DNA of 29,285 nt from a virus (IMGVR_UViG_3300037634_007778:1-29285), one strand, 5' to 3'; counted from the stretch's first letter, positions 18,800 to 27,245 are shown. Notes: generated from the letters alone by a model not told the origin. Numbers and translations are program-made.

Positions 18800-20148
18800 T
18801 ACTTAATCCCCCTCTCAGCGAAAAATTCATGAATAACTTTTGCAATATAACCCATCTTTTCATCGGTGAGCCCTTTATACGTTCCTAGGAAAAAGGAGTT
18901 GGTAGTTACTAATTGCGCGACGGGGAAAACCTCGTCTAGGTCTCCATATTCGGCTGCCATATGATAATAGCCGGGGTGGGCAAGAATATTCCCTGAGAAG
19001 TAAGAACGAGTTTGAATTTTTGCCTCTTCAAGATGTTCTACAATATCTTGGCGGCTAAATGGTGCGTCTGGTTTAATAGTGAGCACATACGCAAACCAAC
19101 ATGGATCTGCTTTGTCAGTAGCCTTTGGCAGATGAAAGTGTTCCTTATAGGGGGCGAAAATCTCCTCTAGTTTTTGGAAATTTTGTCGACGGGCAGCATC
19201 TAACTCTGGAAGTTTTTCAAGCTGCTGTAGGCCCATTGCGGCCTGTAAATCAAGGGGTTTTAGGTTGTATCCGATCTCGTCAAAAACATAGCGGTGGTCG
19301 TAAATGGCTTCTGGCATGCCCGGAAGCCAGTTTTTAAACCTATTGCCGCATGCGGTGCCGCCTGTGACGTCTCCGGGCTTTGCAGTGTTACAATAACAGG
19401 CGCGGCCCCAGTCGCGCAAGCTAGCTATTATCTTTCTAGTTTTGCAATTCTTCGCAGCCACAAAGCCGCCTTCGCCCATCGTCATGTGGTGGGCGGGAAA
19501 AAACGAACATGTGGACATGTGGCCGAAGGAGCCGAGCTTTTTACCATCGTAAGTTGAGCCCAGTGCGTCACAGCAATCCTCCAAAAAAACAAGATTATAT
19601 CTTTCTACCAAAGACATAAGCCTATCCATGTCGGGAGGGTTACCCAATACATGCGCAAACATAATTGCTTTAATTTCTTTGTTTGTGTCTTCTTCTAAAA
19701 GCTTCTCAACCGCATCTAAGTCTAAATTAAGATCCGGGAGGGTGACGTCAACAAACAACGGCTCAAATCCGTTCTGGATAATAGGGTTGATGGTTGTGGC
19801 AAAGCATACTACGGGAGTTATAATTTTTGAGCCTGCGGGTAAATTAAAAAGCTTTTTGGATTTAAGAGTAGACACCATAAGCAAGTTAGCCGAACTGCCC
19901 GAGTTGGTTAAAACACCAAAGTCTGCTCCCAAATATTGTGGAAATTCTAATTCAAACTTTCTACCATTTTCGCCAAAAATCAACCAACCAGATAACAACT
20001 GTTTAATGGCCGCAATATATTCATCTTCCGTGAAAATTGGACCAGAATAGGAAAGCCAGTCTTCTCCAGGCTTCCACTCAACCTCTTGCTGTTCCGCCAT
20101 ATGCTCCGAAACTAGCTTTAAAATTTCATCTAATTTGTTCGCTTTCAT
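18799..20148 (-). CDS. rfbH: NDP-4-keto-6-deoxy-hexose 3-dehydrase (E1; RfbH/DdhC), PMP and [2Fe-2S] dependent
   Basis: NSGSSANL, EDCCDALG, SFFPAHHMTMGEGG (His where aminotransferases have Lys), RDWGRACYC...C, YDHRY...GYNLK. Confidence 0.93.
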   Translation of the reverse strand: MKANKLDEILKLVSEHMAEQQEVEWKPGEDWLSYSGPIFTEDEYIAAIKQLLSGWLIFGENGRKFELEFPQYLGADFGVLTNSGSSANLLMVSTLKSKKLFNLPAGSKIITPVVCFATTINPIIQNGFEPLFVDVTLPDLNLDLDAVEKLLEEDTNKEIKAIMFAHVLGNPPDMDRLMSLVERYNLVFLEDCCDALGSTYDGKKLGSFGHMSTCSFFPAHHMTMGEGGFVAAKNCKTRKIIASLRDWGRACYCNTAKPGDVTGGTACGNRFKNWLPGMPEAIYDHRYVFDEIGYNLKPLDLQAAMGLQQLEKLPELDAARRQNFQKLEEIFAPYKEHFHLPKATDKADPCWFAYVLTIKPDAPFSRQDIVEHLEEAKIQTRSYFSGNILAHPGYYHMAAEYGDLDEVFPVAQLVTTNSFFLGTYKGLTDEKMGYIAKVIHEFFAERGIK

Positions 20149-20975
20149 TTTTCTATATATCCCTTTATTCCTTTATCCAATCCAAGTAACTCAATATCCA
20201 TTCGGCTTAAGCGTTTTCCGCATCCGGTATATGAACTGGCTAAATGTCTTTCTTGTATTATAACTGGTTTTTTGCTTTCTGTCAAATAAATAATTTTATT
20301 TGCAATATCTGTTAACTTATGTTTTTGCTGGTAACACAGGTTGATATCTCTCGGTATGTTTTTGCTTTGATTGTTGATAATATATTCAATTACGCGGCCC
20401 ACATCTTGAACACAAAAATAGTCCATATATCTATCCTGGTGTATAATTATTGACTGATCGTTTCTTACACATTTAAGGGCTGTCTTTATAAATCTTTGCT
20501 CTGCCTCAAACTCTCCAAAGCAGCCAAATAATCTCAGATTGAAAATCTTTGAATTTAAGTCAGATATTTTCCTACTAATCATGTTCTTTGATAAGCCATA
20601 ATAGTCTTTTGGATAACAATTATAAATCTCGCTTTCCTTGGCAAGTTTAACGCCATCGCTCCGATCAAATTCGGCGCCAGACCCGAAGTTAAACATCATT
20701 ATGTATTTATGCGAAAAATTTAGCAAATTATTAAACATGGATATATTACATAAAAAATCATCAATGTGTTCTTTTTGGTCTCTTTTGCCGCCTTTGATTG
20801 CTGTGTGAATAACAATATCCACATTTTTTGAATTAAAAAAGTTAGAAACTTGTTGCGTATTCGTAATATCTAAGACTTGTCTGTTTGTGTTGTAGATATT
20901 GTGGCTTGAATTTTTAAAATATTGAGACAGCGAACGTCCCATAAAACCATCACACCCAGTAATTAAGATATCCAT
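20145..20975 (-). CDS. Extended SDR NDP-sugar reductase/epimerase
   Basis: ITGCDGFMG, FGSGAEF, YYGLSK (YxxxK), NLRLFGCFG. Confidence 0.85.
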   Translation of the reverse strand: MDILITGCDGFMGRSLSQYFKNSSHNIYNTNRQVLDITNTQQVSNFFNSKNVDIVIHTAIKGGKRDQKEHIDDFLCNISMFNNLLNFSHKYIMMFNFGSGAEFDRSDGVKLAKESEIYNCYPKDYYGLSKNMISRKISDLNSKIFNLRLFGCFGEFEAEQRFIKTALKCVRNDQSIIIHQDRYMDYFCVQDVGRVIEYIINNQSKNIPRDINLCYQQKHKLTDIANKIIYLTESKKPVIIQERHLASSYTGCGKRLSRMDIELLGLDKGIKGYIEK

Positions 20976-21898
20976 TTACTAGATTTTTTAAGTTCATCAA
21001 GTTCGGCCTCTTTAATAGAGTAGGAATATAAGCTGCCAGGAAATGTGCCATCTTGCACATCTCCTACATATTTTTTAATGGCCATTGTGGCTAACATTAA
21101 AAGTCCGTCGCGCCTTTCTTTTCTTCCCAATTTTCGAAGATCTTCAGCAGCGCTTAAATAATTACCAAATTCATTTATTACTTCAGGTATATAACATTTT
21201 GCAAACCAAGGTCTAAATGATTGATAAAATCCCATCAGATCGTGCATAATAACAAGCTGACCGTCAACGGCTCCGCCGGCGCCTATTCCGTAAATTGGAA
21301 TTTCTAATTGCTGTGCGATCTGTGCTGCTGGCTCGGCCGGCATCGCTTCTAGCAAAATAGCAAATGCGCCAGCGGTTTGAAGGGCTAATGCATCTTCTAA
21401 GGTTTTTTCAAAGCTTTCTATTGTTTTCCCTTGAACCTTGTAGCCTCCAAAAGTTGTTGTGCTCTGTGGTGTTAGACCCAGGTGTCCAATTACCGGAATT
21501 CCTGCATCTACTATTGCTCGAACACGGCTTGCGACTCTCACTCCCCCCTCTAACTTAATTGCGTCTGATGCGGCCTCTTTTACAAAGCGTAGTGCGTTTC
21601 TAACAGCATCTTCATCGCACACCTCGTAAGAGCCTTGAGGCATATCTCCTACAATAAAAGTATTGGGGGCACCGCGGCGAGCGGAAGAAGCCATAAAAAT
21701 CATTTCCTCCATTGTAACAGGGTTGGTTGTATCATATCCAAGTTGGACCATCCCGCCGGAATCGCCTACCAAAATCATATCTATGCCGGCATCCTCTGCT
21801 ACTTGTGCAAAAGGTAAGTCATATGCTGTAATCCAAGTTAATGGGGTGCTGCTTCGCTTCATGGATATAAAATCCAAAATTGTCTTTTTAGTTGTCAC
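20963..21898 (-). CDS. panB: PanB-like 2-oxoacid hydroxymethyltransferase (divergent)
   Basis: TAYD, LVGDS, GDMP, KLEGG, GHLGLTPQS, LLE, GIGAG, DGQ...HD all present; GTG start with AAGGAG SD; 311 aa, longer than typical PanB. Confidence 0.9.
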   Translation of the reverse strand: MTTKKTILDFISMKRSSTPLTWITAYDLPFAQVAEDAGIDMILVGDSGGMVQLGYDTTNPVTMEEMIFMASSARRGAPNTFIVGDMPQGSYEVCDEDAVRNALRFVKEAASDAIKLEGGVRVASRVRAIVDAGIPVIGHLGLTPQSTTTFGGYKVQGKTIESFEKTLEDALALQTAGAFAILLEAMPAEPAAQIAQQLEIPIYGIGAGGAVDGQLVIMHDLMGFYQSFRPWFAKCYIPEVINEFGNYLSAAEDLRKLGRKERRDGLLMLATMAIKKYVGDVQDGTFPGSLYSYSIKEAELDELKKSSKWIS

Positions 21899-21930
21899 TA
21901 TCTTCTCCTTCGTTTAGTGGTACTATTGTT

Positions 21931-21959
21931 ATATTAACACGAAATTCTTCTCTTGTCAA
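21931..21959 (-). promoter_or_regulatory. Candidate sigma70 promoter upstream of panB
   Basis: TTGACA (21959-21954), 17 nt spacer ending TGT, then TAATAT (21936-21931): perfect -35 and extended -10. Confidence 0.5.
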
Positions 21960-21968
21960 ATAAGGAAA
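21949..21968. repeat. 20-bp exact direct repeat, copy 1 (TCTCTTGTCAAATAAGGAAA)
   Basis: Identical to 22933-22952; the pair flanks the SDR gene at 21976-22890. Confidence 0.95.
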
Positions 21969-21975
21969 TATCTTG

Positions 21976-22890
21976 TCATTTGACAACATTATTCTCTCCT
22001 CTTAAAAATTCTATTGTCTGCTGTAAGCCTGTTGTTATATCTGTTGATGGCGACCAATCTACTGCGGTGCGTATTTTATCATTTGCGCCACAAATATAAT
22101 TTGAAAAATTATCTCTATCTAAAGCGTGGTCAAAAAGAATTGAAGACGTAGAATGGCTTAGTTCTTGGATCGTCTCTACAATCTCTTTGATACGATATAC
22201 ACTTCCCGCACATACATTAAAAATGCCTTCCAACTGTCCTTCGATCAATTTATATACCCCTTCTACAAAATCTGTAATATAGATGTAGTCTACACAAGAT
22301 TTACATGAATTTAAAGTGAAATTATCATTTTTAAGACACCCTCTAATCGTCTTGGGTACCAAACGCGATTCAACATCATTTTTTCCGTAAACATATGAAG
22401 GTCTCACCCACAACCATTTAAAACCGTGTTGTGTACAAATCTGCTTAGAATACATATTTAATGCATATTTAGAAATTCCATATAAACTTTGCGGTGAGGC
22501 GGATGTTTCTTCTTTTACTTTAAAATTTTTTATCCCATATTCGGACATACTTCCTATACCCACGAAAGACACGTCTTTTAATTCACTTAAAATTTTTAAT
22601 AAATTGATACTGTGGGTAACATTATCAAATTGTTTTAAATCATTAGTATTTTTATAAGCGTTTCCACCATCCCAGGCACAATGTATCACTATCTCTGGCG
22701 CAAATGAAATAATTCTATCTTTGATAGTGTGAAAATCTTTTAGCCTCATACTATCAAATTGAATATTTTTAAACTTTTTTAAATTATGATCATGAACTGA
22801 GAGCGCATAAATATTATGATTATTCTTCAGAAACTTTTCTAATAGGTTGCTTCCCAAAAACCCATTGGCGCCAGTAATGAGAACGTTCAT
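21976..22890 (-). CDS. Extended SDR NDP-sugar reductase/epimerase (4-reductase-like)
   Basis: ITGANGFLG, IHCAW, GSMSEYG, YGISK, WVRPSYVYG, DYIYITD. Confidence 0.88.
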   Translation of the reverse strand: MNVLITGANGFLGSNLLEKFLKNNHNIYALSVHDHNLKKFKNIQFDSMRLKDFHTIKDRIISFAPEIVIHCAWDGGNAYKNTNDLKQFDNVTHSINLLKILSELKDVSFVGIGSMSEYGIKNFKVKEETSASPQSLYGISKYALNMYSKQICTQHGFKWLWVRPSYVYGKNDVESRLVPKTIRGCLKNDNFTLNSCKSCVDYIYITDFVEGVYKLIEGQLEGIFNVCAGSVYRIKEIVETIQELSHSTSSILFDHALDRDNFSNYICGANDKIRTAVDWSPSTDITTGLQQTIEFLRGENNVVK

Positions 22891-24671
22891 TCTTCCTCTA
22901 TCGGCTTTACATACATATTGGCATAAAACTCCTCTCTTGTCAAATAAGGAAACATATCTTCTAAAGGCTTTGAAACCATGCTTCCATCATCTAGTTTTTG
23001 AGCAGCCAATATTGGTAAAATCTCATCCCATTTTTTACACGACACCTCGCATATTGCTGGTCCTTCAAAATCAAAAACTTGTGACAAGTCTTTATCAAGA
23101 TCTGTATTATCCGCAAATAGGAAATATTTTATACCATAGGCATCTGCTATCTTTTTAGTTTCGGGGAACGAAACTCCATCGTTCTTATCGGTACCAATAA
23201 ACCGATCTTCAAAATACTTTCTTTGTGTTGCTCGTATCGACAAATAACCATCATTATTCAAAACAAACAACTTAATTGGCAAATTATATTGTACAATAGT
23301 TTGTAGTTCCTGTATATTAGTTTGAAACGAGCCATCACCGGTGATGCCTATTGCCTCGCCTCTGTCTTTAGCAAAACTAACCCCTATACACCCTGGAATA
23401 GTAAAGCCCATTTCAGCCTGCGCTCCGGGAATAATGTGTCTCTGCTCTTTATCAAGTTGAAGTGCTTGAGAAGAAACATAATATGCCGAGCCGGCATCGC
23501 TAACAACGGCCGAATCGTGTCGCAAATATTCTGATAGTTTTTTTATAAAATAATATAAACTTATTCCTCCTTCGTCATTTACATGTTCTGGCAAAAATAC
23601 TGGCCATTTTTGTTTCCACTCTAAAGTTTTAGCGGGCCAAAAATTATCACACTTAAAGTCTAAATCTAATTTGTTAAGAAAGTCTTTTGCGTCCATGTGT
23701 AAGAACAGATCGATTTTAACAGTATCTTTTTTATGTTCTTCTGGGTCTATATCAACAACAACCAATTTGGCTCCCCTTGCAAAAAATTCATATTTATATC
23801 CTATCGTTGGCACACCCAAACGTGTTCCGACAGATAGCAACAAATCAGAATTCTGCATTGTAAAATTAGCTGCTCGGTTTCCTTTAATCCCAGTCCTGCC
23901 TATATTCAAAGGATGAGAAGTGGGTAGTAAGTCTGCCCCTAAAAATGTTGTCACTACAGGAATATTATATTGTTCAGCAAACTGTTGTAGGTTTTTTGAA
24001 GCATTGGCCAACCTGACCCCATTTCCGGCTAAAATAACCGGTCTTTTAGAGGTCTTTAATAATTTTTTAAAAGGCTCTAGATCGGCGTTAATTCCTGGTA
24101 TGGTTTCTTCGAATCTCTCTAGTTCGTGGGGAGATATAAAAGATCCCTGGACATCCAGAGGAACATCAATCCATACTGGGCCTTTTCTACCCGTGTTGGC
24201 TAAATGAATTGCTTTATCAAAATGATAAGCTATTTTTTGTGGATCATTGACCATTATAGCATATTTGGTTATTGGTTTGACAAGTTCTATAATATTAGCT
24301 TCTTGTACGCCAAATTGTCTTAATTTGAATTTTGAATTGTAGCATGTTTGGGCTTTGTTGACTTGTCCAGAAATAAAAATGCAAGGTAAATTGTCTTGCC
24401 ATGCATCTAGGAGTCCCGTAATACAATTTGTGCTTCCACACCCAGTGGTTGGCATTGTAACTGCAAATCCATTAGTATACTTTGCATATGCGACAGCAGC
24501 CATTGACGAAGCCTGTTCGTGATGATTACAAACAGCCTTTAATTTATTATGTTTAGCAATACCGTCATTTAAAAACATTGCTCCGCCACCTGTAAGGGTG
24601 AATACATGTTTTACTCCTAACTGTGATATTCGTTCCGCGATATAATCAACTACTCGAACTTGCTTACTCAT
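22887..24671 (-). CDS. ThDP-dependent acetolactate-synthase-like carboligase (YerE-like sugar-branching enzyme)
   Basis: GGGAMFLND, HHEQA catalytic Glu, RPVILAGNG, GDGSFQ...NNDGY ThDP motif; in an NDP-sugar cluster with RfbH and without ilvH/ilvC/ilvD. Confidence 0.88.
   Translation of the reverse strand: MSKQVRVVDYIAERISQLGVKHVFTLTGGGAMFLNDGIAKHNKLKAVCNHHEQASSMAAVAYAKYTNGFAVTMPTTGCGSTNCITGLLDAWQDNLPCIFISGQVNKAQTCYNSKFKLRQFGVQEANIIELVKPITKYAIMVNDPQKIAYHFDKAIHLANTGRKGPVWIDVPLDVQGSFISPHELERFEETIPGINADLEPFKKLLKTSKRPVILAGNGVRLANASKNLQQFAEQYNIPVVTTFLGADLLPTSHPLNIGRTGIKGNRAANFTMQNSDLLLSVGTRLGVPTIGYKYEFFARGAKLVVVDIDPEEHKKDTVKIDLFLHMDAKDFLNKLDLDFKCDNFWPAKTLEWKQKWPVFLPEHVNDEGGISLYYFIKKLSEYLRHDSAVVSDAGSAYYVSSQALQLDKEQRHIIPGAQAEMGFTIPGCIGVSFAKDRGEAIGITGDGSFQTNIQELQTIVQYNLPIKLFVLNNDGYLSIRATQRKYFEDRFIGTDKNDGVSFPETKKIADAYGIKYFLFADNTDLDKDLSQVFDFEGPAICEVSCKKWDEILPILAAQKLDDGSMVSKPLEDMFPYLTREEFYANMYVKPIEEE
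22933..22952. repeat. 20-bp exact direct repeat, copy 2 (inside the 3' end of the ThDP gene)
   Basis: Identical to 21949-21968. Confidence 0.95.
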
Positions 24672-25395
24672 GGGCCCACCTCTCTTTCCAATATTGTTTA
24701 ATTTTAACGTCTATTTGGGAAAAATCTCTTTGCATTCCCCACGTTGACTGTGTAGAATGCCATCTATAAAAATATCCTATCCATTTTGGATAAGGATAGA
24801 TGAACAGTCCTTTATCGGCTATATTAAAATATAAGTCGTAATCGGCTGCTCCCAAGTACTCTTTAGAATTCCACCGAACGATGCCTTTATCATATAATTC
24901 CTTCTTATACACCATGCTTGGAGTGTTTACGGGACATCTTTGAAATAAAAGCTTTTTAAAATCGTCTAAGTTGGTGTAAATATGTTTTGTTTCGCCTAAA
25001 AACTCTTCCTGGGCGCCTCTGACTCCTATTATTGGTGTTTGTAATATTTTTATTTTATCTGGGGCCGCTGATATTATTTTTACTATATTGTCAACGTAAT
25101 CGCTTTGTATATAATCATCTGCTCCTAAAATTGTAAAATACTCGCCAGTAGCCTCGTTTAATGCTTTGTTCACAGGCTCTTCCCAAGAATGCTTATATAA
25201 ATTTGGGGTTGTGAGTACTTTAAAATCTTGACCATCTCTCTGCATCTCTTTAGCGATTTGATAGCTGTTATCTAGACTTTCGTTGTCAACAAAAATAATC
25301 TCTATATTTTGATATGTTTGTGCGAGAGCTGATTGAATGCTTTCTGATATCCATTGTTCGGCGTTATAGCAGGGTATAATTATTGTAATTTTCAT
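24664..25395 (-). CDS. Glycosyltransferase family 2
   Basis: IIIPCYN, FVDNESLD, GEYFTILGADD, ADYDL. Confidence 0.92.
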   Translation of the reverse strand: MKITIIIPCYNAEQWISESIQSALAQTYQNIEIIFVDNESLDNSYQIAKEMQRDGQDFKVLTTPNLYKHSWEEPVNKALNEATGEYFTILGADDYIQSDYVDNIVKIISAAPDKIKILQTPIIGVRGAQEEFLGETKHIYTNLDDFKKLLFQRCPVNTPSMVYKKELYDKGIVRWNSKEYLGAADYDLYFNIADKGLFIYPYPKWIGYFYRWHSTQSTWGMQRDFSQIDVKIKQYWKERWAHE

Positions 25396-25416
25396 ATTTT
25401 TATCATGATAAACAAA

Positions 25417-26337
25417 TCATAATTCTAAAAGTTGTTGAACTCGGTTAGTATAGCAATGGTTTTCTAAAATATCTTGACGATTCTTCTCGCGAATATCAGT
25501 CAACTCTTGTTCTGTTAAAGATAGGTAATTTTGTGTTATTTCTACAAGACCTTTGGCGTCTAGCGACGTAGGTAAGTCTGGGAATAAGCGGTTCAACTGT
25601 CCTACAGTATCCGATACTAATATTCCATTGAGTCCCAAAGATTTGAAAGTTCGCTCGTTGGTATCATTGCCTAGGATGCGTTGGTATGCGTCGTGAATGT
25701 TTAGTGTTAATCGACTATTATATAGAAGGGCACACTCTTGTTCATGGGTTAAATTCTTTTCCACAAAGAATCCACATTTTAAATCTGTTTTCATGAATTC
25801 AGAAAATATTTCAATCATGATTGGTCTTTTTTCATTAAATCCATTATTGGCCCAACCTCCAATAAAGCAAATATCATATTGTTTATAATTATCGTCTGTG
25901 GCCGGCTGATAGCCAATGTGATCAAAGGCCAGTGGAACCGTATGGACCTCTTTCCATTTCACATGACGAGATACATCGTCCCCAAACGTCCATAAGTGTA
26001 CATGATCCATTTGGTTTAACACATCTACTAGCCCATCGCTAGCTAGACATCTAAAATTAGGGTGATGTCCCCATGGGGAGGGAAACTGATTAGGTTGTGC
26101 AAAAATAAAGGCTTTTTTGCTTCGCTCTATTAAGCCAATCTCCTCCGGTTGAGGATCCGCATCTACAAACATCACCATATATTCTTCATTGGAGTCTCGT
26201 TGTTCATGTATCGCTTCAATTTCTTCGATCTTGTTTACAGGGTATACATCGTACCCTAGGGCATGCCATGCTTTTTGATATCCTTTGTATATCCAATGTC
26301 CCGCATGCCGAGGATAATCAATCACATAGATTCTCAT
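25417..26337 (-). CDS. GT-B glycosyltransferase, CgeB/Glyco_trans_1_2-like
   Basis: YDICFIGG, LNIH...NERTF, C-terminal ILENHCYTNRVQQLL. Confidence 0.8.
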   Translation of the reverse strand: MRIYVIDYPRHAGHWIYKGYQKAWHALGYDVYPVNKIEEIEAIHEQRDSNEEYMVMFVDADPQPEEIGLIERSKKAFIFAQPNQFPSPWGHHPNFRCLASDGLVDVLNQMDHVHLWTFGDDVSRHVKWKEVHTVPLAFDHIGYQPATDDNYKQYDICFIGGWANNGFNEKRPIMIEIFSEFMKTDLKCGFFVEKNLTHEQECALLYNSRLTLNIHDAYQRILGNDTNERTFKSLGLNGILVSDTVGQLNRLFPDLPTSLDAKGLVEITQNYLSLTEQELTDIREKNRQDILENHCYTNRVQQLLEL

Positions 26338-27245
26338 GATAGCTCCTTTATCTTTTCTAAAGTGTGCGCCAGTCGTATTTTAGAATCGTGTTCTGCTAAA
26401 AATCTCTTGTGACCATTGGTAGCAATTTTTTCCACTAAAGATGGGTTTTTTAAAAAAAATTGAGCTTTGGCAACGAACTCCTCTGTTGATTCAAAAGTGA
26501 TTATTTCCTTATCGATCTCAAAAAATTCCTCCAAGCCTATGTGGTTTTGGGTGAAGAGGAGGCCTCCTCCAGCGGTAATTTCAAATAGTCTTTGTTTCAT
26601 TTGAGTCTTGCCTTCAGGATCGTTAGCATTAAAGCTTAAATTAAGTCCAATCTGTGATCGGCAGTGAGTTTCAAACAATTCTTCCTGAGTTAGTCCAAAC
26701 GCTTGAGTAACGTCCACATGCGGTGTAATAGTATTAAAAAAAGCCTCCCGAGATGCATTCGGAGCGCCAATAAAAGATATATCGATATTTTTATCCAAAA
26801 AAGGCGTCACTGGATAAAAATCTGAATTGGCATGCCAATTGCCCAATAAAATATTATTATAACCAATGTTCTTATATTTGTCTATATATGAAATTTCGGG
26901 GGTAGAACACATAGTAAAATAAGAACAAGCGATACTGGAGAACCTATCGAATCGCCAAGTGTCGTCGCAAAACCAGTTAAAAGTTACGGTGCGGCCAGTG
27001 TCGGTCTCTCTTTTGATGCTTCCCCAAGGCTCATATGGTGTGATACGCCCGTCACCAGTAACACAACAAAATATCAAATCAGGTTTAAACTTTTCAATAA
27101 TTTTGTCATAATCTTTTTCTTTTGGATCCACCGTGTCATACCAATATACTTGATGCCCTAATTCTTTTAAAGGCAAATACACATACCAGTGTCCCGTATC
27201 TGGAAAGCCTCTATATGTCTTGTTAGTTGTGAGAAGGATTTTCAT
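26334..27245 (-). CDS. GT-B glycosyltransferase, CgeB/Glyco_trans_1_2-like
   Basis: WFCDD, DISFIG, QMKQRLFEITAGGG, FEIDKEI, KIATNGHKRFLAEH...RL. Confidence 0.88.
   Translation of the reverse strand: MKILLTTNKTYRGFPDTGHWYVYLPLKELGHQVYWYDTVDPKEKDYDKIIEKFKPDLIFCCVTGDGRITPYEPWGSIKRETDTGRTVTFNWFCDDTWRFDRFSSIACSYFTMCSTPEISYIDKYKNIGYNNILLGNWHANSDFYPVTPFLDKNIDISFIGAPNASREAFFNTITPHVDVTQAFGLTQEELFETHCRSQIGLNLSFNANDPEGKTQMKQRLFEITAGGGLLFTQNHIGLEEFFEIDKEIITFESTEEFVAKAQFFLKNPSLVEKIATNGHKRFLAEHDSKIRLAHTLEKIKELS

Larger units (their letters stand above)
21888..21989 (-). pseudogene. 33-codon mini-ORF carrying a relic copy of the ThDP-enzyme C-terminus
   Basis: AGGAG SD then MLSNDKIFPYLTREEFRVNITIVPLNEGEDSDN*; compare the intact enzyme end FPYLTREEFYANMYVKPIEEE*. 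Overlaps both flanking genes. Confidence 0.75.

Noticed and set aside
21949-22952. Direct repeats as integrase att sites or an IS target duplication
   Set aside because: No recombinase or transposase is present, and similarity continues beyond the core at the protein level, which fits recombination between homologues.
20963-24671. panB + ilvB as ordinary pantothenate or branched-chain amino acid auxiliary genes
   Set aside because: ilvC/ilvD/ilvH and panC/D/E are absent here, both genes are embedded among NDP-sugar genes, and the ThDP enzyme has sugar-cluster-type motifs. Not fully excluded without assay.
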